From assembly GCA_965140445.1 (NCBI GenBank), contig OZ223236.1:256001-320000 (forward strand): a stretch of 64,000 bases of DNA, written 5' to 3'. The stretch is from Candidatus Ozemobacteraceae bacterium. Lineage in GTDB: Bacteria > Muiribacteriota > Ozemobacteria > Ozemobacterales > Ozemobacteraceae. Of this stretch, positions 28,362 through 37,901 are shown piece after piece. How positions within the stretch are numbered: the first letter of the stretch is position 1; every line of letters starts with the position of its first letter. Made by a program: the position numbers and the translations under genes. Below the pieces are notes generated by a model, which saw only the letters and a program-made list of their open reading frames with translations, searched no databases and had not been told where the DNA came from.

Positions 28362-31124
28362 CTATCTTCCACAGCACTTTTTGTGCTTTTTACCACTGCC
28401 GCAAGGACAGGCATCATTTCTTCCAATTGAGTCTTTTGCTCTAATTGGAGTTTTAACAACAGCCGCCTCTTCGCTATGGTTGTAATACATTTCCTGCTCT
28501 TTCTTTTCAATTGCTTCCTTTTCGTCAGCTCTTGAATAAGAAATCCTGAACAGATAGTAAAGTGCGTCTTCTTTTATTCCTTCAATCATATCCTGGAACA
28601 TCTTGAAGCTTTCAATCTTGTATTCGACAAGAGGATCTCTCTGGCCCCAAGATCTAAGATGGATACCGTCCTGGAGGTTGTCCATGTTCTGGAGATGCTC
28701 TTTCCACTTTGTATCAACAATCTGGAAAAGAAGAAATTTTTCCATCATTCGGAAATCTTCTTCGCCAAGCTCCTGCTTTTTCTTATCCAGCTCGGCAAGA
28801 ACACGCTTTTTGATTTCATCAAACAATTCTTCGCGTGAATAAGTGCAAAGTTGTCCTGGCTTACCATTTCTTTGATCGCCACCCTCAACTTCAATTGGAA
28901 AAACATTTTTCAGCTGATCAGCAAGCGCATTGTAATCATAATCATCAGGATCCATAGCTGGATTTAGAACAAGCTCAATTGTGTTTGAGATCACTTCATC
29001 AATCATTTCAAGCACATCATCATGGACACAGTATTGCTCCAGAGCTTTTCTGCGCTCTTTATACACAACAGTTCTCTGCTGATTCATTACATCATCGTAT
29101 TTAAGAACATTCTTACGAACGTCAAAGTGATAAGATTCAACTTTTCTTTGAGCACTTTCAATAGAACGGCTAATCCATGGATGTTCAATTGGCTCACCTT
29201 TTTCCCAGCCCAGTCTTTCCATCCAGGTCGAAATATTGGCAGATCCAAAGAGTCTCATTAAATCATCTTCTAATGAAAGATAGAATTGACTCGCCCCCGG
29301 GTCACCCTGTCGACCGGCACGACCACGTAACTGGTTGTCAATACGCCTTGACTCATGTCGCTCTGTTCCAAGAATAAAAAGACCACCAAGCTCTAAAACT
29401 CTTTGTTTTTCAGCTTCGCACTGCTTTTTATATTTTTCCAGAGCTGCCTGAAATTCTTCACCTTGCTTATGCCCAATTTCGGCAATAGCAAGCATTTCAG
29501 GATTACCACCCAGAAGAATATCCGTACCACGACCAGCCATGTTGGTAGCAATAGTAACAGCCCCTTCTCGCCCGGCCTGAGAAACAATTTCTGCTTCTTT
29601 TTCATGGTATTTTGCATTCAAAACGGCACATTTACAGCCACGTTTTGTAAGCATTTCAGCGATCAATTCACTTTTTTCGATAGAAATAGTTCCAACCAGA
29701 ACAGGCTGTTTTCTTTCGTGAATCTCGATTATGTGATCAACAATTGCTTCAAATTTTTCTTCATGTGTTTTCAGAATGACATCGGAATGATCATTTCTGA
29801 TACAAGGTTTATTAGATGGAACTACAACTACTTCACACTTATAAATTTCCTTAAATTCTTTAGCTTCTGTTTCTGCAGTACCGGTCATACCTGCAAGCTT
29901 GCTGTAAAGTCTGAAATAGTTCTGAAAAGTTATGGAAGCCAAAGTTTGATTTTCTTTTTGGACGGTTGCCCCTTCTTTGGCCTCAATGGCCTGGTGAAGA
30001 CCGTCAGAATAAGTTCTTCCGAACATTAGTCGTCCGGTAAACTCATCAACGATTACAACTTCTGTTCCATTTCCATCTTCTCTATCACGAACAATGTATT
30101 CTTTGTCCTTATGGAAAAAATGTTTTGCCTTCAAAGCATTTTGAAGGTGATGAACATGGTCCATATTTGAAGCTTCATAAAGGTTATCCAACCCAAGACT
30201 TTTTTCAACCTTAGCAATACCAGACTCTGTAATAGAAATACCATGATGTTTTTCATCAACGATATAATCGATTTCAGGTTTAACAACGTCTCTTGCAATA
30301 CGAGCATAAACTCCATACAAAGAAGTGGCTTTTTCCGCAGGACCTGAAATAATCAAAGGAGTCCTGGCTTCGTCAATAAGAATAGAATCAACTTCATCGA
30401 CAATTGCAAAGTTATAAATAGGTCTTTGAGTGCATTCAGCAAGGCTCATTGCCATATTGTCACGTAAATAGTCAAATCCAAATTCGTTGTTGGTGCCGTA
30501 AGTGATATCGGCAGAATAAGCTTCTCGCTTTTCCTCTGCTGAAAGGCCATGAACGTTTAATCCAACCGTTAAACCAAGAAATCTGAAAACCTTTCCCATC
30601 CATTCGGAATCACGACGGGCCAGGTAATCATTGACTGTAACAAGAATTGCCCCTTTTCCGACCGGAACTTTTCTTCCATCTTCCAGTTCAAATGGAACAA
30701 ATTCACTAACATTTTTTTCTTCTGCCAGTTTTATCCAGTCCGGGTTTAAATCTAAAGCATTCAAATAAAGTGGCAAAGTCGCCACCAAAGTTTTTCCTTC
30801 ACCAGTTTTCATTTCAACAATGCGTCCTTCGTGCATGGCGAGTCCGCCAATCATCTGCACATCGTAGTGACGCATATTCAGAACCCTGATGGCTGATTCT
30901 CTAACAGTCGCGAAGGCTTCTACCTTGATGTCATCAAGGGTTTCACCATTTAGGAGCCTTTCTCTGAATTTTTGGGTCATCCCAGCCAATTCATCGTCAG
31001 AGAGCTTTTTAAAATGTTCTTCTTTCTCGTTGATTTCTTCGAGAGTTTCCGTAAGACGTTTAATCTCTCGAGAATTAAAATCTGGTATTATGAATCTTAG
31101 TAGCTTAATCAGCCAGTCAAACAT
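28362..31124 (-). CDS. secA: Preprotein translocase subunit SecA
   Basis: EMKTGEGKT, VTVNDYLA, DEVDSILIDEARTPLIISG, ATNMAGRGTDI, QLRGRAGRQGDPG, SEC-C CPCGSGKK..CC. Confidence 0.99.
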   Translation of the reverse strand: MFDWLIKLLRFIIPDFNSREIKRLTETLEEINEKEEHFKKLSDDELAGMTQKFRERLLNGETLDDIKVEAFATVRESAIRVLNMRHYDVQMIGGLAMHEGRIVEMKTGEGKTLVATLPLYLNALDLNPDWIKLAEEKNVSEFVPFELEDGRKVPVGKGAILVTVNDYLARRDSEWMGKVFRFLGLTVGLNVHGLSAEEKREAYSADITYGTNNEFGFDYLRDNMAMSLAECTQRPIYNFAIVDEVDSILIDEARTPLIISGPAEKATSLYGVYARIARDVVKPEIDYIVDEKHHGISITESGIAKVEKSLGLDNLYEASNMDHVHHLQNALKAKHFFHKDKEYIVRDREDGNGTEVVIVDEFTGRLMFGRTYSDGLHQAIEAKEGATVQKENQTLASITFQNYFRLYSKLAGMTGTAETEAKEFKEIYKCEVVVVPSNKPCIRNDHSDVILKTHEEKFEAIVDHIIEIHERKQPVLVGTISIEKSELIAEMLTKRGCKCAVLNAKYHEKEAEIVSQAGREGAVTIATNMAGRGTDILLGGNPEMLAIAEIGHKQGEEFQAALEKYKKQCEAEKQRVLELGGLFILGTERHESRRIDNQLRGRAGRQGDPGASQFYLSLEDDLMRLFGSANISTWMERLGWEKGEPIEHPWISRSIESAQRKVESYHFDVRKNVLKYDDVMNQQRTVVYKERRKALEQYCVHDDVLEMIDEVISNTIELVLNPAMDPDDYDYNALADQLKNVFPIEVEGGDQRNGKPGQLCTYSREELFDEIKKRVLAELDKKKQELGEEDFRMMEKFLLFQIVDTKWKEHLQNMDNLQDGIHLRSWGQRDPLVEYKIESFKMFQDMIEGIKEDALYYLFRISYSRADEKEAIEKKEQEMYYNHSEEAAVVKTPIRAKDSIGRNDACPCGSGKKHKKCCGR

Positions 31125-31147
31125 GCCTGACCCCTTTCAAAAATTCA

Positions 31148-31177
31148 AGGCGCGGCCCATAAGGAAGGCCCGCGCCT
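31148..31177 (-). terminator. GC-rich hairpin between the EIIA gene and secA
   Basis: AGGCGCGG / CCGCGCCT stem; weak T-tail on the minus strand. Confidence 0.45.
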
Positions 31178-31230
31178 GATCAACAAATTAGCTATTCGAA
31201 CTAGTAGGAAAGAATTCCCAATTAGAAGCT

Positions 31231-31686
31231 TTACTTTTCTTCAGCTGAAATAACTTTGATAACTTCTTCAACTGTCTGCGCTTCCATCAATTCTCCACGA
31301 AACTCTTGATAGCGGAGAAGTCGAGACAATCTTGCCAAAGCCTTCAGATATAGCCCGCCTGATTCTATAGGAGCTGCTATTAGAAAAATCAGATGGACTG
31401 GTCTGTTGTCAAGAGCTTCGAATTCGATTCCGTTTTTTGATCGACCAATAGCAACAACGACTTCTCTTACTGTGGAAGTTCTGGAATGCGGAATCGCAAT
31501 TCCTTTTCCAATTCCTGTTGAGCCAACTTTTTCTCTTTCCAGAACGGACTTCAAAAAAGCATCAGCATCAGTAAGGTAGCCACCCGTATCAAGCAGATCG
31601 ATCAACTCTTTTATCGCATCAAGCTTCGTGGTGGAACTCAATTCCAACTTGGTTAGCTGGGGTGATATAAATTCGCTTAGTTCCAA
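31231..31686 (-). CDS. PTS EIIA component (Fru/Ntr-type, PtsN-like)
   Basis: REKVGSTGIGKGIAIPH phospho-His motif; TTG start after GGGAGG. Confidence 0.92.
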   Translation of the reverse strand: MELSEFISPQLTKLELSSTTKLDAIKELIDLLDTGGYLTDADAFLKSVLEREKVGSTGIGKGIAIPHSRTSTVREVVVAIGRSKNGIEFEALDNRPVHLIFLIAAPIESGGLYLKALARLSRLLRYQEFRGELMEAQTVEEVIKVISAEEK

Positions 31687-31722
31687 AATTCCTCCCGTTT
31701 CTCTTTACTGAAACTTACTATA

Positions 31723-32301
31723 TCAGTATTCAGGTTCGATTAAACCGAAGTTACCATCGCTTCTACGATAAATAACATTTACCTTGTTTGTTTCTGCATT
31801 TGAGAATACGAAGAAATCCTGACTAAGGAGTTCAAGCTGTTCAGCTGCTTCGTCAGAAAACATCGGGCGCATTGGGAAAGTGCCACTTCTGACAATCTTA
31901 GATTGTGGATTTTCGCCTTCGCTTTCAATTGCGTCTGCATAGTCTTCTCCAAAGGAGAGAACGGTATGAGTAGCCTGCTGGTCTGACTTATTATGTCTTC
32001 TGCGACCAGTCATTTTTTCTTTTGCTTTCTTAACCTGGCGTTCAATTTTATCAGTTACCATGTCTATTGAAGCATAGAGGTCTTCAGAAGCTTTTTTCCC
32101 ACGGAGAACGTTTCCATTTGCCCATACTGTTACTTCGCAAACCTTGCTGCGACTGGTATCTTTAGAATCTTTTACAGAAAGAGTTACATCTACTTCGATA
32201 ATGTGATCAAAGTATTTCTTGATCGACATCAACTTTTTCTCAGCATATTCTTTGAGTGCTGGAGTCAGTTGGAGATTTTTTCCCTTGATAATTACTTGCA
32301 T
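31723..32301 (-). CDS. hpf: Long ribosome hibernation promoting factor
   Basis: GKNLQLTPALKEY, DLYASID, and the C-terminal PM..DEA..Q...FFVF..YRRSDGNFGLIE domain. Confidence 0.95.
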   Translation of the reverse strand: MQVIIKGKNLQLTPALKEYAEKKLMSIKKYFDHIIEVDVTLSVKDSKDTSRSKVCEVTVWANGNVLRGKKASEDLYASIDMVTDKIERQVKKAKEKMTGRRRHNKSDQQATHTVLSFGEDYADAIESEGENPQSKIVRSGTFPMRPMFSDEAAEQLELLSQDFFVFSNAETNKVNVIYRRSDGNFGLIEPEY

Positions 32302-32359
32302 ATGATGCCTCCGAATATTGAGGAATAGACGCTATAAACGTCTTTCTTAAGGGTGACAA

Positions 32360-32388
32360 ATATTAGCACACCCCTCCTACAGTGTCAA
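32360..32388 (-). promoter_or_regulatory. Sigma70 promoter of hpf
   Basis: TTGACA-17 nt-TAATAT with an extended TG. Confidence 0.7.
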
Positions 32389-32552
32389 GATACACCAAAT
32401 GGAGGCAAAAAAACAAACAAATTTGTAACTTATTTGTGACTTCAATCGTATTTACTGTGGGAATAAATTTTGTACAAAAGTTACCAACTAGCTAATACAG
32501 TAGATTCTGTACAGAATATGAACTAAAAGTTTTTTATTGGAAAGAGTAATAA

Positions 32553-33554
32553 ATGTTTTATGTCAAAATAAAAACGCATTTGCTAATCATCGCCTTGATT
32601 TTAATCTCATGCATACCTTCATTTTGCCGTTCAAATATTGATTTTAATGTTTGCAAGGAAATGATCAGGTCTATCCTTGTAGATTCACAAAACAATTATT
32701 GGATAGCAACTTTTGGCGAAGGCCTATGGAAGGGAGAAAAAACCAAGAAAGGCTCAAGGCATTTTTCGAGACTGAAAAGCAACGATGGAATTTTTCCTCA
32801 CGAAATGATTAATCATATGATATGGGACGGAAACAACATTCTTCTTGCCACAGCTGGAAAGGGAGTTCAAGCTTACAATCCTCAAAATAATATCTTTTCT
32901 CAATTTGCTCCGACAGGTGACTTTGATCGACTTCACGGTTTAATCAGGCTTAGTTCGGGCAAACTTATTCTAGGTTCCGTAGGCAGTGGAAGTGCTGAGT
33001 TAAAAAACGGTCGCTGGCAAAGACTCGGTAACTATCTTCCAGATTTTTTAGCCTGGGTGAACAGTTTTTATGAAACTGAGGACAATGTTTTTATTGCAAC
33101 CTCAGGCGGTCTATATTTTGTTCCTAAGAAAAAGGAAATTTTTAAAGCCTGGGATCCAATGGATACCGGCTTAGACTTTTCTGTTAATTCAATCATGAAG
33201 CTGGAAAATACGATTTATATAGGCTCAGCAATGAGAGGCCTTTATAAAATGGTGGAAGGAAAATGGCCAAAGCGCATTGCTGAAAGCAAGGGAGGCTTTT
33301 ATCAGTTAATTTTGTGGAACGATATGCTTGTAGCTGCTGGAACAAACGGACTCTGGACTATTTCTAAAAAGGGAAAAGTCAGTTACATCGCCAGTTATTG
33401 CTTTTCTACTCCCAAAACCCTTGCAATTAACAAGGAAAATGCCTTGTTGATTGGTACAATTTGTGGTGAGATAATAGAAACTAGCAATCTAATAAACTAT
33501 AAAAAGATTTGGAACCTAAGTGATTGTGTTTCAGGGGGAGAAAAAGATGATTAG
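32553..33554 (+). CDS. Secreted beta-propeller (two-component regulator propeller-like repeats)
   Basis: Repeats such as IRSILVDSQNNYWIATFGEGLW, LLATAGKGV, FIATSGGLY. Confidence 0.7.
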   Translation: MFYVKIKTHLLIIALILISCIPSFCRSNIDFNVCKEMIRSILVDSQNNYWIATFGEGLWKGEKTKKGSRHFSRLKSNDGIFPHEMINHMIWDGNNILLATAGKGVQAYNPQNNIFSQFAPTGDFDRLHGLIRLSSGKLILGSVGSGSAELKNGRWQRLGNYLPDFLAWVNSFYETEDNVFIATSGGLYFVPKKKEIFKAWDPMDTGLDFSVNSIMKLENTIYIGSAMRGLYKMVEGKWPKRIAESKGGFYQLILWNDMLVAAGTNGLWTISKKGKVSYIASYCFSTPKTLAINKENALLIGTICGEIIETSNLINYKKIWNLSDCVSGGEKDD

Positions 33555-35121
33555 GAAAACCAAACTTGTAACTCTTATAATTTCAGCACTTATTCTTTCG
33601 ATTTATCTACCTTTGTTTGCTGCTTCATCTACAGCGCTGGATAAATATATTGACCAGGCAAAAATGACACTTAAATCTGGTGATGCAAACAAAGCAGCAC
33701 AACAGTTTAATGCTATTCTTACCCACAAGAAAGACGCTATTAGCTCTCACCCCCGTCAAGCAGAAGTCTGGTATTACTTTGGCCTTGCCTTAAAAAAACT
33801 TGGAAAAACAGAGCTTGCCAGGAAAGCCGTTGATAAAGCCAGGTCGCTGAAAAATGTAAGTAACCAGAGCCAGAACAAACCGGAAACAAATGACATAAAT
33901 TCAGTATCAGTAGAAGATAAAAAGGTTGCAGAAAATTCTAACCCAGATATTTCATCCCAGGAAAAAGCTGGAAACGCCTATTCATTAGCTTCTTTGAAAA
34001 ATCCAAAGGCAATTGAAACCTATCGCCAGGGTTCAATTTATGAAGATCAGGGGGACATAAAAGCTGCCGTAGATTTTTACTTGAAAGCTATAAAAAGCGA
34101 GCCGGATAACATTGAATTGCTTTCAAAAACAGGCTTACTTCTTAACCAGCTAGGGGGAGTTTATTACAATAACGCCCAAACAGTATTGGACTCATTAGAA
34201 AAGTTAAAGAAAGACCCTCTCTCAACAGAGGAGCGACTTGCTCAGGCAAGAGCGAATATCTACTCTGATAAAAAAAATCTTCCAAAAGCGGACACTATTC
34301 TCAAAAACATGGTTAAAGAAGATGCAAACAACGTTAATCTGATACTACTTTTGGGAGAATTAAAATCTGAAGAAAAAAAATATTCAAAAGCCATAGAGTT
34401 TTTTGAAAAAGCTAAAAAAGTTTCCCCCGATATCGCTGCTCCTTTTATAGGAATTGGGAATGCCTACATAGGCCTAAAAAACTATAAAAAAGCAACATCA
34501 GTTCTTACAGAAGCAAGTCTCAGATGGCCTGAAAATCCCATGCCTCTCATTGGCCTGGGAAAAGCCTATATGGCAATGGAAAACTTTCCAGAAGCTCAAT
34601 TGGTATACAATAAAGCCTACCAGATATTCCCAGATAACTTTGAGATAAACCTGGCTCTGCTATCAATTTATGCCCGAGCCTATAGCTCTAGAGCGGCAAG
34701 GCACTTAAAAAAGTGTTTAGCAATAGCACCAAATGATCCAAGAGTGGCTTATTGGCAAGCCATTTATATGGAAATAGATGAAAATCTAGTAAAAGCTATG
34801 ACCAACTATTCCTGGCTTGCTTATTTGAATAGTGAAATAGGAATTCGTGCACGAGTCCGGCTTGGACAAATATTCTCTGGTATGGGGACAACAACATACC
34901 CTGGCAACATTCTCATGCAACACAGACCTAGCTATTCATCAAACTACAAAGAAGTTATTGATAAAAGATTGGCTTATAACTACTTTTCAGAGGCTTTAAC
35001 CATGGACCCGGGTCTCCCAGAGGCCAAGCAGATACAAAGCTGGCTTGATTCAAACGAAGAGGAAATTAGGAGAAATATTCAATTTGAAGAACATGTTCAG
35101 AGTCTTTTTAGACAACGTTGA
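33547..35121 (+). CDS. Secreted TPR-repeat protein
   Basis: Signal peptide ending LFA; many TPR motifs (WYYFGLAL, FIGIGNAY, LIGLGKAY); ATG 33547 overlaps the upstream gene end. Confidence 0.8.
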   Translation: MIRKTKLVTLIISALILSIYLPLFAASSTALDKYIDQAKMTLKSGDANKAAQQFNAILTHKKDAISSHPRQAEVWYYFGLALKKLGKTELARKAVDKARSLKNVSNQSQNKPETNDINSVSVEDKKVAENSNPDISSQEKAGNAYSLASLKNPKAIETYRQGSIYEDQGDIKAAVDFYLKAIKSEPDNIELLSKTGLLLNQLGGVYYNNAQTVLDSLEKLKKDPLSTEERLAQARANIYSDKKNLPKADTILKNMVKEDANNVNLILLLGELKSEEKKYSKAIEFFEKAKKVSPDIAAPFIGIGNAYIGLKNYKKATSVLTEASLRWPENPMPLIGLGKAYMAMENFPEAQLVYNKAYQIFPDNFEINLALLSIYARAYSSRAARHLKKCLAIAPNDPRVAYWQAIYMEIDENLVKAMTNYSWLAYLNSEIGIRARVRLGQIFSGMGTTTYPGNILMQHRPSYSSNYKEVIDKRLAYNYFSEALTMDPGLPEAKQIQSWLDSNEEEIRRNIQFEEHVQSLFRQR

Positions 35122-35153
35122 TTTTTCAACTGCCCAAAATTGAGGAGGAAAAA

Positions 35154-37811
35154 ATGAAAGTTTCAAGATTTTGCAAAGTGTTGGGATCAGTAACCCTGCT
35201 ATCCCTAAGTTTAACTCTGGCCCCGCCAGCAGAAGCTGTCAAGGTTACACCTGGCAAAGAGTCTCGCTATTTTGAGCAGTCTACCATCCGACCATTTGAT
35301 CATAGTGGAAATATTCTTGATGATGATATGGACATTAGAAGGGTTACTGGAAAGCACGACAACCCAGAAGCTCAGATTGCAGTATGGATGCCAATGGTTG
35401 AACCTGATCCTGTTGAAAAAACAAAAGACAACAAGCTTACAAATAACACATTGATTTATCGTAATACCGGCCCTACCAAAGATAAATTTCCTTACATTGT
35501 CAAAGACAAATCAACTGGTGAATTCTATGCTTACCGCAATGTAAAATACCATTGGTTCTTTGAGCAACCAGATGGAGATAAGAAGAAAGTTGGTGAGGGC
35601 AATAAAAATGGAGTTTCAGGCGGTGAAGTCTGGACCCCGTTTATGAATTTAAGAAGCGCAAATAAAAGCTACTTTGAAGATTTAGCAGAAAACAAAGTAA
35701 CAGAGAAAGATATCTGGGATAAAAAGCTCTATCCAAATAAGCATGCGGCAGCTTTTGATTCAGGAATCGCAGGGGCGGATGCCGTAGAAGATTCAACTCT
35801 CCTTCAGCAGGTTGGCATGATAATGACGTATGAAGTTGCTCCTCTGGGAAAATCTATTACAACCTCGGGCCCTGGTTATCCAGACAAAGCTTTGGACACA
35901 GCTGATCCAGCAGGTGAGATTCCTGGAACAGTGAATCTGGCAACAGCTCCAGATGACAGTAAATTTGAGAAAAAAGTAAAAACAAAACCAAAACCAGCAG
36001 ATCTAGAGTCCTGGAACCTAACTGCCACTATTGACGGTAAAACCTACACCGAATTTACAGATTACAACGTTGTTTATGTTGAAGACTATGTTTACCCTGA
36101 AGTTTCAAAAGATTTTCTTGATCCAAAGGGAAGCGTCTATACAGGAATAGTAGGAAAATATCTCGGTTACAATGGTGGGAAAAAGGGTATGGAAGTCTCT
36201 TACAGCAACGATAATCCTGATTTACTTCCAACTTCACCAGCGATTTCATCAAGCTTCGATTATTATTTTTCCAACGATGAACTCTACAATATGAAAGATC
36301 CATTTGAAGATGGAAAAGTGATGTTTTTCTATTGTCTTAAAAGCAACGGAGCCTATGGCCCATACATAGGTAAAGTTAATGAAGGTATGGAAAGAGATTT
36401 CTACGAAGGACACCATCCATATTGGAAAAGTGCTCCAGCAGAAAAACGTGAAGAATTCCTTGCAAATAGATATGCAAATTGCTGGGATGCCAATTTCCTT
36501 GAGCCATGGGAAAAAGGTGCAGTCTACTTTATCCTTTATAGAGGTGGCTCAGGAAAAACCAGAGTTAGTCAGCTTAACGATGCATGGAAAACTAATGATC
36601 CTTCCAAACTATCTGTATTAGAAGATATGAAAGCAGAATTGGCAGGAAAAACAGGAGAAGTAGTAGAGTCAGCCAAGGCTTCGCTAGTAGCTCTTGAAAA
36701 CTTCATAAAATCATCAACAGAAGGAACTCGTTCAGCAACAAGGTTTGCTCACATTGGCTTTACTGCAGACACAGGCCGTTGTTCAATAGGCAAAATTACT
36801 CTGGAAAATATACCAGCACAACATTCTGAAAAAGTAGAAACTGTTACAGACCCTTCAACAGGACAAGCGGTAAAGGTAAAAACAGGTTCATGGACAGTTG
36901 CAGGTAAAAGAGTTATTATGCCTCGCCATTTTGCAACAAATTCCATTGAATGGAATGATAGTACTCCAAATCCACCTGCTGGAGCAAAAACTCCAGAAAT
37001 GGTTAACTACTACAACGAGCTCTGCAACCATCCACCAGACATGCTAATGACTCAAGAGGTTTCAAACTGCTGTGGAAATGCCGCTCCTGCAGGTTCGTTA
37101 ATAAAAGTTGATGACAGCGCCGGCATCAGCAAACCAATGCTTCAGATAACAATTGAAGATTCTAACAACGGCCAGACACATAAAATTGGAGTTCCTCCAA
37201 TGGAATCATTGGATGCTGGTTCAGAGCTAATTTGCAGAGATAAAAAATCAGGCTCTATTGTAAAAACATACGGTGACGATGGAGTTCATGAAGATTTTGA
37301 TATGGCTACAAAAGACTGGGTCATCAAGAAACCTAGCGGAGAAGAAGTTAAGCTTCCAAGTATCCCTACGGATCTTGAAGGTCCAGATAAAAACGGAATT
37401 CCTGTTGAAGATCAGCGTATAAAATTCAACATCTCTCCTTACGACAATATCGATAGCTTAACTCCTTTCAGAGGAATATTGAAAACAGAAGTTGAGATTG
37501 AAGCCCTGGATGAAAATCAGAACCCTACTGGCCAGCTTGAACAAATAGAATACGAAAAAGACGGACAAATGATGGCAAGCACAAAGATAGTAGCTGATGG
37601 AAGTGGTTTAGACAGATATAAACTAAATGATTTTGATCCTAAGGTAAGCTTTTACCATATATTTAGAGCTCCAGGCTGGTATCAGTTCAGAGTTAAAGCT
37701 CATGATAGAGCAAAAGATGGTAGCCTTGGAAATTCTCGAGAAATGAAATTCAATATAAATGTAGCCCCGGCAAGCTTTAAAACAAGATCTCTCGACGGAA
37801 GCTCCAGATAA
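35154..37811 (+). CDS. Large secreted hypothetical protein with an Ig-like C-terminal segment
   Basis: GAGGAGG RBS; signal peptide ending AEA; C-terminal PGWYQFRVKAHD...GN motif; no family recognised. Confidence 0.7.
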   Translation: MKVSRFCKVLGSVTLLSLSLTLAPPAEAVKVTPGKESRYFEQSTIRPFDHSGNILDDDMDIRRVTGKHDNPEAQIAVWMPMVEPDPVEKTKDNKLTNNTLIYRNTGPTKDKFPYIVKDKSTGEFYAYRNVKYHWFFEQPDGDKKKVGEGNKNGVSGGEVWTPFMNLRSANKSYFEDLAENKVTEKDIWDKKLYPNKHAAAFDSGIAGADAVEDSTLLQQVGMIMTYEVAPLGKSITTSGPGYPDKALDTADPAGEIPGTVNLATAPDDSKFEKKVKTKPKPADLESWNLTATIDGKTYTEFTDYNVVYVEDYVYPEVSKDFLDPKGSVYTGIVGKYLGYNGGKKGMEVSYSNDNPDLLPTSPAISSSFDYYFSNDELYNMKDPFEDGKVMFFYCLKSNGAYGPYIGKVNEGMERDFYEGHHPYWKSAPAEKREEFLANRYANCWDANFLEPWEKGAVYFILYRGGSGKTRVSQLNDAWKTNDPSKLSVLEDMKAELAGKTGEVVESAKASLVALENFIKSSTEGTRSATRFAHIGFTADTGRCSIGKITLENIPAQHSEKVETVTDPSTGQAVKVKTGSWTVAGKRVIMPRHFATNSIEWNDSTPNPPAGAKTPEMVNYYNELCNHPPDMLMTQEVSNCCGNAAPAGSLIKVDDSAGISKPMLQITIEDSNNGQTHKIGVPPMESLDAGSELICRDKKSGSIVKTYGDDGVHEDFDMATKDWVIKKPSGEEVKLPSIPTDLEGPDKNGIPVEDQRIKFNISPYDNIDSLTPFRGILKTEVEIEALDENQNPTGQLEQIEYEKDGQMMASTKIVADGSGLDRYKLNDFDPKVSFYHIFRAPGWYQFRVKAHDRAKDGSLGNSREMKFNINVAPASFKTRSLDGSSR

Positions 37812-37830
37812 AATATTACAGTGTTTAATA

Positions 37831-37873
37831 AGTGCCAGCTTCAGGCTTTCATGGCCTGGAGCTGGCATTGTTT
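37831..37873 (+). terminator. Hairpin/terminator after the large secreted gene
   Basis: AGTGCCAGCTTCAGGC / GCCTGGAGCTGGCATT stem. Confidence 0.6.
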
Positions 37874-37901
37874 AAATTACTCATTGCAAGGAAAATGTAG
37901 A

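Noticed and set aside
28603..31179. Several short ORFs inside secA, including 29403-30029
   Set aside because: Shadow or alternate-frame ORFs of secA.
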